DNA of 62,425 nucleotides, filler included, from Choristocarpus tenellus KU-1152 (lineage: Eukaryota; Protista; Phaeophyceae): assembly GCA_964200185.2 (NCBI GenBank). It is 11 parts of 11 records of this genome, joined end to end, with 100 filler letters (N's around TTAATTAATTAA, not from the genome) between each part and the next. Parts side by side here need not be neighbours in the genome. Positions count along the whole stretch, not along the records: positions 36,197 to 41,444 come from CAXNAD020011359.1; positions 41,545 to 44,363 come from CAXNAD020024481.1; positions 44,464 to 51,359 come from CAXNAD020007123.1; 8 more parts are not named here. One strand, written 5' to 3'. Positions 38,272 to 50,644 of this stretch are shown in pieces. The position numbers and the translations under genes were made by a program. Within the stretch, counting starts at the first letter, position 1, and each line of letters opens with the position of its first letter. A model generated the notes under the pieces. That model did not search any database. It was not told the origin of the DNA and saw only the letters and a list, made by a program, of their open reading frames with translations.

Positions 38272-39312
38272 TCGCCACATGGTAACTCGAGGTCGACGGA
38301 GTTCAGATGCCGGGAGCCTCATCTTTGTTCGACACACTGTAAGTGGCCAAGACAATGTACACCTCCAGGGACTCTACGCCAGTTGAAGAAGTGCACCCAT
38401 GGAAGGATTCCAAGAATCCTCCCGGGCAGACTGTCACACTAGAATGTTCAATACTTCACAGTCTCTACTTCTCGTTGATGACACATATTGCTTTGCTCAC
38501 GAATTCTGGATTAATATATGTTAGGCTCGTCTTACCGCCTTCCATCCATTCTACTCCTCCTCAACCACTGTATCACCACTGGTGACCAACCAGTGCGACC
38601 AATCTTCGCCACTGGTTTCCCAGTCACCAACGAATGCAGCTAATCCCGCGTGTCCAGTGACTAACCAGTGTGTCCAATATCATCACCACTGATTTCCATT
38701 CGGCAACCATATCCAATGACCAACCAGTGCAACCACTCTTCCCAACTGATTTCCAGTTACCAACTAAATGCCACCAAATCCGCATTATGCAATATCAATA
38801 ACCAACTAGCATGACCAATCTTCACCACCAGTTTCCAGTCACCAACAAATGCAGCCGAATTCCGTGAATCCATCCACCTTCCTCCACCACATTCTACGAC
38901 CCTCCACCATCCTCCACAACGCTTTCCACCATTTGCCACTACACCACACCACTCTGCACCATACCCACTCAACACCACTCCACCACACTCCACATATTCA
39001 TCCAAGAACACCCCTCCATCGTCCACTTCAATACCGTGCCTTTGATTTGAACTAGAAGACATCTACCCGCCCGATCTTGACCTACGTCCCCTTTGAAATT
39101 GATGTCTGTATCTCGTTCACAATTCTACCTCGTGCCCCTTGGCTGCACGCAATCCTTCCTACTCTCCGCCAGACCCTTCAATACCCACACCGGGTCTATT
39201 TGGTTGACCCTAACATACACCAAGAACGCCCCCGACTTCCACCTCACCCCCCTTTATATCACTATCTCCAATGCCCCCATTGTTGCCATTCTCCTTCCCC
39301 CCCTATCCTACC

Positions 39313-39658
39313 TGTGCGAATTACCTTGGGCACTTTACCTTGGGAGGTAATGCTATTGATCAGTAGTGAAGACAAGAAGGTGTGAAGCCTCACACGGTTC
39401 CCTATTGCTGAACGTGGAAAGAATGGATGGAATTGTAAGAGTGACCTTTGTGGGGTGTTTTCTATTGCTTGTTTATTATTATTTGTCTCATACGTAAGTT
39501 AACGGTTATGTCAGAGAATTCTAACTGTCATACCAAACTCCATACATAATCTAAATGTACCATTTCATTAGTTACATCATATGGACTCAATTCAACGCAA
39601 TAACCTCACAAACACTCGTCAAAATAAGGTACACCTCGCTATTGTCCTATTTTGCACA
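39313..39658. mobile_element. Solo LTR (346 bp) inserted in the YR gene
   Basis: TG...CA ends with short inverted termini (TGTGCGAA / TTTGCACA) and a 5-bp TSD CTACC at 39308..39312 and 39659..39663. It interrupts the H-x-G-R-I-G-G motif. Confidence 0.8.
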
Positions 39659-40830
39659 CTACCCAAGTGTATGTAGGGCATACTCCTCCGGTCTCAACTC
39701 AAGTTCCCTTGCTATCCTCTTCAGGACACATGTGTCCTGGCCTCTCGTGATAACCTTCAACTTCTCATCATCCCTATACATCAATAGCGGGGTGTCAAGC
39801 AGTAGGTATGGGAAGCATTCCATGATTGCTACTGCAACCTCGAAGCCCCCCATGCTTTCTTCGTCCCCTTGCCCTTCCACTCTTCGCCTCGTCAACCCCG
39901 TTCCTTCCTGCTCTGGTCTCCTTTTGGCCCTGTGAATATCACCTCTACTTTCTCTGCCTGGTGTTTACCTCCTCACTCTACGATCCTCTACACATCATCT
40001 CCCCTTCCCGACCCAGGGACAGATCCTGCCAATGGACACGTGGACAAGAGTTCTGGAGGTTAGACTGAGTCTTATCCCTAGTCCATCTACATATTCCGTC
40101 TGCCAAACCAATTGTCCTTTCCAGGAATATGTTCTGCTACAAATGATTCCCCTGCTACCTCTGACACTACCCTAACCAATCCTCCTGCCCTCCTATCCTT
40201 TGCCCCAACAAACACTTTCGAATCCAATGCACTGCTGATTTATTATTCCCTCTTAGTAACACTGTCTCATTTCTTCCTTGCCCTACTTCTCCCTTCACTT
40301 ACCACTAGTCATGCGTTCACTACTATCCCAACAGCTCCAGTACATTGAATGATATACTCCAACTCCCTCCCCTCTCACTACACTCTATTTATTGTCTTTC
40401 TTCACTCTCTATGGAAAATTATACCTCCACCACCTACCCCTCTCTACATTGTATCCCCCTACTGCTGTAAAGCACCCGTCTGAGAACCAAGTCGTCGTTG
40501 GTGGTACCGTGACGAAACTCCAAATTGATGAGGTCAGGTTTTCCCCCAACTCTGCCAGTCCTCTCACTCTACTACCTACCTCCACCAGTACAAGTCTTCT
40601 CTGAAATATCTGCCCATCCTAGTAAGGTTCCTTTCCTTTTCTTGCCCTCTTACTCCTACACTCTTTCCCTTTGACCCCTACCTTGCCTTATGCTACCCAG
40701 TCAACCTCCATCCTAGTGTAGCCCCGACAGATAACACCAGCCGCCAAAGGAAAAATCGACCCGGTCAGATAATGTACCCACACATCCCGTACCCGTGCTT
40801 TAGACCTAGACTCTGGCCACTCCTCCAACA

Positions 40831-41088
40831 GAGTGAAAGTATCTTAGAGGGTACGAGTTTTACCCTGTTTTTCCATTTGGGGCTTGGCTTCCCATGGGTA
40901 TTTTTATGACATTTTTCTACTCCAAAATGTTTCGGAGTAAGTAAAACGTATACGTTATGAAAAGGTGTTTCCGAAAGATAGATATTGACACTTCCTAACA
41001 AACACAATCGCCAAAATTACATCAGAATCGCAACATTGGATTTTACCCCTAAATGGACGCGGCTCTATCCTCTAAGATACATTCACTG
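40831..41088. mobile_element. MITE family B (~258 bp, TIR GAGT(C/G)AAAGTATCTTAGAGG), inserted in the RT region of the YR element
   Basis: ACA TSD. Removing it restores colinearity with the uninterrupted site at ~57420..57450. Confidence 0.88.
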
Positions 41089-42252
41089 ACAGTCCCTTAA
41101 ATCCCCTTCACTTTTCTTCTGGCAACACAATCGTATGGCATCTGTGTGTCAGTCTTCCACCCGACTACTACTTGTGTGGTATGCCAATCTGTAAGTTTTT
41201 TTGGTGACAAAATGGGGGGTCCCTCCTTTCCTAGAGTCTAGCAATCGCATATAGTCAGACACTAAAGAACTTGTCGCCAAATTGTAATCTCTTCCCATCC
41301 GCAAACCATTGGATCTCTACATGAATACTGCCATCCACATACATCCTAGCAAAGAACGGGTCATCTCCCCCCCCCCCCGGAACAAATTCTGGAACCTTCA
41401 ATGCCTCATCTAAGTCACATACAGGCTCAAAGTATCTGGGAGGGNNNNNNNNNNNNNNNNNNNNNNNNNNNNNNNNNNNNNNNNNNNNTTAATTAATTAA
41501 NNNNNNNNNNNNNNNNNNNNNNNNNNNNNNNNNNNNNNNNNNNNGTGAAGACCCCTCCCCCCCCCAGATACTTTGGGTTAAACAAGTAGGAGTATGGGAT
41601 GTTACTTCGAAAATGTCATTGGTGATGCGTCAGACAGAGCAAACAAACATGCTAGTATCATCGAAAACTCTCATCCTTAACAAACAGTAGAAGTAATACT
41701 CAAGTACTAAGTATTCCGAAGTACTGGTCAATGAAGCGGAGGCAAGGCGAGAGGATGAGGTTCCGGTTTAACCAGAAGCAATAGTGATAATCTATGACAA
41801 ACAAAAATGAAGCGAAGGACATTCCACAAGAAAACACAACGATGCTGTGCACATTCACATTGATATAAGCAGAAATGTATCCAGACATTTGGTTGGTACA
41901 CACGCACCTGATCTTCTGGTGACAGAGAGGGTGTAAAATATTGACTGACGATATCTGACCTGTCCAATAATGAATTCACTAAATACTTTCTTCCTCAACT
42001 TATCAATTCTGAAGAGTGAAGATTCAACGTGTTACTAAACGTTCCAGTGGCGATCGTAATATACTTCGCAATAAAATACCTAGAATGCGATGGCTGATGT
42101 CATATTGCATTGGGGATAGCCATCACTTATACAACATAAACGGGTTACAACATAAACAGCAAATTCTCTATCGCTCCATATTGCTCCTGCTATCCATGGA
42201 GCTTCAATGTGACCTCATACGGAGCAAAAAAAGGCAGTACTTGCAGTCGGAA

Positions 42253-43935
42253 CTAGTGCTTTTGCAGCCCAGCAGCACCATCAAAGTGCGTGTGCACCTT
42301 GCCATCCAGGAATGCTGAGAATTCCCGCCTCACATCACAGGTGAACCTGCCCAAGAAGGGACGATTTGAGGTGAAGAACAAAATGATCATACTGAATACT
42401 TACTATTCCTACCAGCACTATCGATAATGGCTCTAGGTGCCGAAAGAGACGAGCACTGCTATACGATGATTACTAGGTGGTGGTTGGTGCAATTGATCCA
42501 CTTTTCATGTCTAAGGGAGAGTAATGCAATATGGAGCATGCGCCACTCTGCTACTCTGTAGTATCTTCTGGAACAGAGAAATACAACATGGTATGTAAGG
42601 TGCCCGCAAAACAAGTGTATGGTAATTGCACCAACAGCAAATACTTACAACATAACTAATCCTCTCCAAATCCAACCCATCAAGTTCATGTAAATCCGAC
42701 CCGTGGAGGAAGTAAAAGCAACAACAGACTGAAGGGGGGTTAGCTGTAACAAAGTGCAGGCACAGTAGCCTATCCACATACTGAGGAAAATATATGTTGA
42801 GGGCCATGCAGACTTGAGGGGTTGCACGTTGGGTGCAAGCTGGGAGAAATTTCGTCTATAAGATAGTCAAAAACTAGTGACTAGTCCTTGCAAATGGTGC
42901 ACTCCGTGAAAGTCTTTGGGGCAAACTTCACCCTAAACCGGTCCTAGTCCCCCCTCTGCTATGGTTCCTTTCTGTTCCCTCACCAAAAGGAAAGCACATA
43001 TCTTGTACCAGAGGTGACCCGCTGCACTTGGTGAGGGTTCTCCATTCCCGCGGTGAACATCAGGAGCAGGCCTTACGAGAGATTGAAATGGATGATAAAC
43101 AGTCATCCACAGACATTATACATGGACAGAACCAAGGTTGTGCAGAGAGTAATCAACTGATAACTCCTTAGGTCAATGGGTGGGTTGAGTCTCATGCAAC
43201 TGACTATCTAGCACTACAATGGACTGATAATCAAATACTTACGTGGGAGTACTGACCCGCCTGGTACTGACCCCGCATGGAGATGTCAGTGGGGGCACCA
43301 AAGGGAGCGATAAAGAAAAAATATGAAAATAATGAAAAGCCACACGATTGGTCAGACTGGTCCAGTGCTATCCTGGGATGCTGACGTATAATTGATCATA
43401 CAAACATACGATATAATGGAGGACAAGCCTCATCTTATCCATCACTTTGTGTGAGAGGAACGTACTAAGGGCAACATACATAGCCTATCCCTGAATCATA
43501 GCTGTGCTACCCACTCTCGATTTTTGGGTTAGTTGCAACCAACAAGAACAATCCAACAGCTTTTTCACGTCTCTCTTGAGCTCAACATGGGACTATCTGA
43601 ACCCTTACAGGTACTATAGTTTGAAGCAAACCCCTCCGATAGATAGAGCACAGCACCCATCAACTACTCCTTGCCACAATCAGTAACACGAATTCAAATT
43701 CACATGATCAATGCAGAAGTGTTACGGAGTACTCTTTATACAACAGCATTGTGGACCATGTCTTGTGTGAACACGGAACTGAGCTGGGTGATGCTAGTCA
43801 CACAAAGATGTAGCATACCTTGCTGCACAAGCATTGAGCAACTCACCTGGCGCAGGCTCAATGACCATCTCAGGGTAGTCTTCATCTGTTTGTCGAAAGG
43901 CGAATGAACCGCCCTCAAAGTCAACACCCTTCTCG
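42253..43935 (-). CDS. 2-oxoglutarate/Fe(II) oxygenase, OGFOD3-like, 3' three exons
   Basis: Exons 43935..43847, 43071..42984 and 42346..42253 (TAG) give [11 protein letters not shown]...[40 protein letters not shown]..., with the distal iron-binding His and 2OG-binding Arg (H-x-V-x-x-V-x-x-G-x-R). Confidence 0.85.
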
Positions 43936-44868
43936 CTGGGGACATCACCAACCGGCATGAGCCATTCGAAAGACAAAGAGGAAGGCTAGGGGATGAAGTA
44001 GAGACAAGGAGCGATCAAGCTAGCACACAAGGCCACCTGTGAACGTGACTGTGCAACACAAAATAACAATCACACCACTGCAGAGAACGACAAGTCTCGC
44101 ACTCTGGTCAGGTAGCACAGGAAGGGGCTCAAGAGGCACGACGGCAGCATTGCAATGCGCATTGTCGTCTGATTCCAGCTATCATATGAAGATGTCGCTC
44201 ACATGGCCCAGGACAACAGCAGCAGGAAAAACGCAGAACAAAAGAGTCTTGGCACAGAAAAAGAGAAAAAAAAAAAAACACTCTCACAGCTAGACCACCT
44301 TCCCAGGTACCTTTGAGGGACCTTCAGATTATTGTCTCCAGGGAAAACAAGAGTAGCTACAACNNNNNNNNNNNNNNNNNNNNNNNNNNNNNNNNNNNNN
44401 NNNNNNNTTAATTAATTAANNNNNNNNNNNNNNNNNNNNNNNNNNNNNNNNNNNNNNNNNNNNATCTACATTATCCATCCGACGTATGCAACCAAATCAC
44501 CCGAAAATCGCGACATGAAAAAATTGACCATAAATGGACAGCCGCCACCCCCCCCAGACACTTTGAGCCCAATGGGATATAGAAAGGGCTCTATAAGTAA
44601 TGGCACTGGTGTAGCGGCTTTGTCGATTTGTGTCTCCTACCACTTCAATATTAAGGAATACTCCAGCGTGCTAAGAAGTATGTTGAGTAAGAAGATGCAG
44701 TGAGATGCATATTGCACTGTCAAAGCACAAAACCTACAGAGGAGCAAAACCACCAGGATGTATTAATCAGCCTCACGTACACCATAGCATCATTATCAAA
44801 CATGAGGATCGCTCCAGAAGGAGGGAGCATGTGTGTTTCAGAGTTGCCCAATAAATAAAAAAACTCAC

Positions 44869-47800
44869 CTCATGTCATCATTAGCTGCAACATAGGCCTC
44901 CACATTGGTTGTGAGGTTTGCCAAGGCGGTTACATTCCTGCAAAGTGCATTGAACTGGCCCTCATATGTGTAGATGGCTATATTTAAATTATCGGAGACA
45001 AGAAGGTTACCGGCGGATGGGTAGAAGTTGGAGTTTTGGTTGCAGACCTGGAGCAGGGAAAGAGGCGGCGGTATAACAAACAAAGGAGAGAATTTGACGA
45101 GGAAGGGAGGAGAGTTGATTGAAGGTCAGAAAAAGCGACTAAACGATATGTGTTGCCAAGCAACAACTGTGTTATCTACAGTAGTAACCTAGGTATTACA
45201 TTCCTTCTATCTACAGGTACACAGTGTCACAGTTGACTACACCACTGATAACACTGGAGAGAGCAAGTGTCAAGGGTTCGGGCAACACATTCCGCCAAAC
45301 ATCTAGTCAGTCCGGACGTGCCCTCTCGTGCTCTTGACTCCGCCACAGGGGAGAACAAATGAGAACGATGCGGAACGTTTTTTCTTTAGAAATGACAGGA
45401 GGGGAGCTGTGACTCAAAGCTTTATTTGGTGCTCCTACCTCCTGGGAGTGGAAAATTAAATATTGAGATCAAGGGTCATCCCCCCCACCCTGACCCATAC
45501 AGATTCAAAGTAAAGGGTGCTGACAAAAACTTGCAAACTCGACCTTTCTTACCGGCGTGTACAGGATACTTTCTGAATTGTGTCGGAAACCTTTTGAGCG
45601 ATAGAGATTTAAACACTCTCAATTCAAGCTTAGGCCTTCATCCATGGAAATATGGGTGGGTTATAAAAGATTGAAAAACAGACTTACACTGCAAAACGAC
45701 AAAAAAAAGGGTACCTCTCGCTTTACTTCGGCTCACACCAAAGTGGTGAAATACTTCTTTCTCCTCACTGGAGACCCTTCAAGACTGAGAGTGCGACCTG
45801 TAAACACCTCCGCAAGCGTCCGTCCGCCAAATGCCCTCTCGTTATCACACCTCTATTACCGCTGAAAAAGAAGAAGAAACCATTGTGAAACGTTCATGAA
45901 ACCGAACTTGCAGATGCAGATATCCCAAACCTCAACATTTAAAAATGAAACCGCAAGGCCCCACAGGTGATGTCACAGACCAACGCGGAAACATTGGTTG
46001 CTACATCACCTGTCCACGTACCTTATCCCGAGTAAGGTTGCGTGCCATTGTGAAGTTGTATGTATCATAGAACAGGTCAAACCCAGAGCCACCCAAGACC
46101 CCGGACTCCATGTCGCCTAGCAGAATGTTCACCATCTTAAGTACATCGCTGTATAGTATGTCCCCTTCACTGGCATTGTTCCAGCTACGTAAACAGAAGC
46201 ACATGGAGCAACAGATGTGTGAGAAACAGGGTTGGAAGTGGCTCTATTATAGTCGGTTCGAGGGATATAGAGATGGGGAGGTTGTCGATGAGGACTAGCG
46301 TTGCCGACAAGATGTAAGTACTGGTGCCACCGACTGAGTTGAAGTACCTTAGAGGGTAGAGCTGCGTCCATTTGAAATGTTTTGGAGTAGGTAAAATGTG
46401 TAAGTTATGAAATGGTGTGTCCAGAACAAGGATTTTGACACTTTCTAACAAACACGATAGCCAAAAGTACATCAAAATTGCAACATTAGATTTTGACCCC
46501 CAAACGGACACGTCCCTACCCTCTAAGATACTTTGACTCTCGCTCTTATCTTACTTTGTAACGTTATTTTGCAAGAGGAGAGCGTGGTACAATCCGAGGA
46601 AGAGATGGATGAATGATAAGAGGAATAGGGGATAATGAAAATAGGACTATGAATGTGTCATTCCCACAAGGAATATGATCATAATAGAAACTATTAGAAC
46701 AACAATAATGTTTCATCAGTAGTAAAAATGATAATATACACGATGACCTTCGATCTTGACATGCCTCCAATGGGGGATTATTTTTGAACACAACTAATAG
46801 GCGAAAGATCTGAAGCCGTTGTTGAGGTTGAGGGTATGAAAATCGTAGACTTGGGAGGTCTTACATAGGCAGGGGAAAGGGTTCAACGGGCTTGAATAAA
46901 AGAAAGAAAAGTGCACTGGAAAAAGGAAGCTGCAGATGTCTTCACAACATGTGGCCAAGCGATATCAAGTGTTTTTGAAGGGTGCAAAAGCTTAGTCACT
47001 GTGTGATCCTGAACGTCAAAATAAGGAACTTGCTCCTGTCAGAGTCTTCTGGGAACAGGTCGTTTTGAAATGGAGTACTGTGGAGTTCCAAAAAGTACCG
47101 AATTGCTCCATTTCCATTCTGAGTTAGCCCTTGTAATGCCATACTTGCTTTTCTGATATTGTTGTGTAGGAATGAACAGTGAGTGACCGCTTGAACCTCT
47201 ATGTGCATAGAAGTATATATACCAGCGAACTATTGTACTAGGATATACTCCAAAAAGCTTTGAAGATGTACAGTAATGATTTGAGCAAGACTACAGCACT
47301 GTTTGGTTCAGATTTGCAAGAGTCACAACCCATCACAGTGGAGGATGTAACGTACCCATACTCCTGTAGATATTGGCCCCTTCCGATGGAAAAAAGAAAG
47401 CCTCTGTAATGAGAGTGCAGAAAAACCCCAAGGACAATGTGTGTACTAGTACCACTCTTGATGGATCAAACTAAATATACCAACCTTGAAGGTGTAAAAT
47501 ATTCACCTTACCCCCAAGTGTCAGACACAAGTTGACCAGCGTCAAAGATTCAGAGACGGCCAGTTTCAATTCCCCTTCGCAATCCCCATCACAATCCCCA
47601 TCACAGGTGCCTAGTTGGTTGCACCATCTATGTGAAAGAAGACTTGAACGTTCTTGTGTAGGGATATATCATAATATTCTGTTTAATGCTCAGCATGAAG
47701 TCTCGATGATCTTCTAGAGCCCCATGCAGCAACCAGCGAAGCAAGGGTCCATGTGAAGATTTTTCCATTCGTCCCCCCATCACTGAGTTTATTCCATCAA

Positions 47801-50235
47801 GTGTTACTCTCCAAGAGGAACATATTGTCAACCAGGGTGGAACAAAAAACACTCCAGGGGATGGATGAAAAGGCAAACACTTACTATAAATGGTGAGGGG
47901 TGGAGGGGAGAAATATCTAGAGTCCTTTACAGGGATTCGTTTTAATTATTGTTTCATTATCCAAAAACATCACACCACGTACATCCTGAGAGGACGTTCC
48001 TGTACACTTGTGTGCTTGTAGGGTTTCAATGGGCAGAAAAATTCCTTTGAATCGCAAGTTCAGAGTTTCGCATTGAGTGCTTGGTGTGGTTGTTGTTTGC
48101 AGCGACTTCCTCTCTCTGCTGCGCTCTTGGTGGTATGCCTGATCACACCCCCTCGTCATCAGGAGCCCTCCTTCACAATTTGTCAGTGCTCACCCGCCCT
48201 ATCATGACCCCAGGATCGGCTAAAAAATGCACTATGAATTGCTTGTCAATACATACATACCTTCAAAAAGACCTACCAAAAAGCTTCAAATTTCATATTA
48301 CTTTGAAGCACCATTTAAGAATCAATTACACCCTTTCCCGAAATTTACCCAGTTCTCATATTCGGTCTTCGATATCAGGCGCAATCTTAAGACCTTTGCC
48401 CCCATCTCCCTCCTTAGCCTCCTTCCCACGACCCTTATTGTAAGCACACCGCACCTGAACTCAGAAACGTTAGAGAGGTACATCCTGTCCAGCTTGTCCT
48501 GGTCTGCTTTCTTGTCGTAGTTGAAAGGGGACCCTGGGAGGGAGTCCAGGATATCAGTTATATCATTCCTTGCCGTAGATGCACTGGAGCCAGTGGTGAG
48601 ATTCAACTCAATAAAATCGTCCAGTGGTGAGAGTGATGCCTGTGGCAGGGAGCTGGGAGATTACACTAGATATACAAAAGTGGGAGGAAGAGCCAATACA
48701 AGAGCATCAGAGGAATGGGTACTGCTACAGCAAGAAACAGACCAGGTTGGTCTCTTCAATAGAATGCTAAGGAGATTGTAGTCAAACTAATGTATATATG
48801 GGGGAGGGGGGGGTATTATAGCGTTGTACCAAGGAGACCCACGTGGTTATATGAATTAGAGTTATGTTGAGGGTTAGGGCTAGGGCTCGGGCTTCACCCT
48901 AGCTGCTATCCACTAGTTAATGTGTGTTGTGTACCACCACGTCATCAGGCTAATCAGCAGCTTTCTGTCCTGTAAAAATATTGATATTTTGACCCTCTTT
49001 AACCTAGGCAGATATGGAGGAGGAACAGAAACAATTGGCAGGTATAATCTGACAGAACTTGGGGGTGACATGCACCCTTAAGACGGTGAAGACAGTCGCA
49101 TGTACTCTGGAGTATCATAGATGGAACACACAATCGCAATGATTGCTTATTATTCCGAAGAAGGGTGTCCAACTCGTGACGGAGCAGGGTAGGAGAGATT
49201 TGAAGGAATGAGGTATTTTGTGGCACAAATGTAGAGGCCATATTAGTCCATGTATGCAGAGGCCAAAGATCCACCAATAAGTGTCTTGGCAACCTTGTAA
49301 TAATTATAGCGATCACACCGTGTGTGGGGGCTGATTTGATCCAGTAATTATACTGTAGACTGTAGCTTCTCACAACTCAATGTTGCCAGATCTTGGGTGG
49401 AGATTACATATTATAACGATTTTTGTTCACTTAGGCAATCCAGCTAATAAGACACCACTGGTGGTAGGACAAGAAACTGCAGGTGCCGCCAGGTGTGTCT
49501 CCCAGACCCATAAACCCAGTGATAGGGTCTGATACAGCACTGCCTGTTGATATATCATATATATCATTTATATTTTCTGTGCCTAGATATTTCTTCTTGA
49601 CATGTTGAAAGCATGATGTGAGGAGTAGATGAGCCATGGGGGAGTATGGCACCACCTGGCCATCCCTGGCATGATCCATTTGGAAGGTCTGGGGTAGGCA
49701 AGCACAACTTTAACATCAAATATACTTATGGCGTGAGTTTGGTATACTAAGAAGTGGCATTTTCTTGTAGCAATCAAAGTAGCACCCTCTTGCGGCAACT
49801 ATTTCAGAGTGAAAGTATCTTAGAGGGGGCGAGGTTTGCCCTTTTTGTCCATTTGGGGCTTGACTTCCCATGGCGTATTTTTATGACATTTTTCTACTCC
49901 AAAATATTTCGGAGAAGGTAAAATATATGCGTTATGAAATAGTGTGTCCAGAATACGGATATTGACACTTCCTAGCAAACACGATAGCCAAAAATACACC
50001 AAAATCGCAACATTGGATTTTGGCCCCCAAATGGACGCGGCTCCACCTCTAGGATACTTTGGCTCTCATATATAACGGGCCACAAAACTTTTTCCATGGG
50101 ACAGAGTAGAGATACGACGAATGTTTCGCCTGTTACCTGAGCTTGCCGTAAGGTCAACTTTGGAGAAGTTAGAGCGTCCATGTTTCTAGTGACAGCGGAA
50201 GTAATGTTTCTGATCTCATCCGAAATGTTGAATAC
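44869..50235 (-). CDS. Internal exons of an unknown N-glycosylation-rich extracellular/lumenal protein
   Basis: Exons 50235..50137, 48639..48455, 46184..46022 and 45047..44869 splice in frame with canonical sites. Nine N-x-S/T sequons in about 208 aa. Confidence 0.75.
46336..46539. mobile_element. MITE family B, shorter variant
   Basis: GAGTTGAAGTACCTTAGAGGG...CCCTCTAAGATACTTTGACTC. Confidence 0.8.
49807..50065. mobile_element. MITE family B, complete copy
   Basis: TCA|GAGTGAAAGTATCTTAGAGG...CCTCTAGGATACTTTGGCTC|TCA. Confidence 0.9.
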
Positions 50236-50644
50236 CTGAGGTATTTTTTACATGGGAAAGGGGAGTGAGAAATCTGATGACAGGTAGCAGCTAACACCTC
50301 GAAAGCATGCAGAACAAGACAGGATGGAGAGAAAGATGGGGGGTGCAGGAAGGGAGTTGCAAGTTTTCATAGATTTTTAAAAACAAAGCACTCTGGGTCC
50401 TTCAAGGTATTTTACTTTGGAAATATGTGGGTGTATATAGTTAGAGGGGAATTGTTTGAATACAGTGAGACAGGATGCAAGTCGGGTTCGTAACGAAAAA
50501 TAGACAGTCCATTTTTTTCCATGTAAAAAACGCAAGTTCAGCAACAAACGCAATCATAACAAGTTATATATATATACTATCAAATATATACTTCCTCCCT
50601 TAAGGAAGAAGCATTTTTTTCAAAAATGTTCATATTTTATGGGT

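Larger units (their letters stand above)
38460..41420 (-). mobile_element. Tyrosine-recombinase retrotransposon (DIRS/Ngaro-type), degenerate copy 2, carrying a nested solo LTR and MITE
   Basis: Minus strand gives RT core GGDDPFFARMYVDG (~41340), a segment homologous to 57300..57450, RNase H remnants, YR segment ESMGGFEVAVAIMECFP...LRPEEYALH (39659..39895) and RWKSGAFLVYVRVNQIDPV (~39150..39247). The 3' motif GGTAGATGTCTTCTAG is shared with 59472. Confidence 0.88.

Noticed and set aside
41424-41580. A single MITE-A spanning the linker
   Set aside because: The two ends are on different contigs and their flanking triplets differ (ACA vs AAA).
41700-43290. Additional minus-strand exons (~41908..42008, 42647..42728, 43243..43265) for the oxygenase gene
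   Set aside because: They have plausible splice sites but disrupt or lie beyond the conserved 2OG-Fe(II) reading obtained from the three accepted exons.
49455-49572. Extra exon (GTENINDIYDISTG...) in the glycoprotein gene
   Set aside because: Its phase is incompatible with the phase-0 junction between the 50137 and 48639 exons. Unresolved without RNA-seq.
50265-50320. CTGATGA-CAGGT...ACCTC-GAAA as a hammerhead ribozyme core
   Set aside because: Stem II closes with a C-C mismatch, and no UH cleavage site or stem I pairing could be found.
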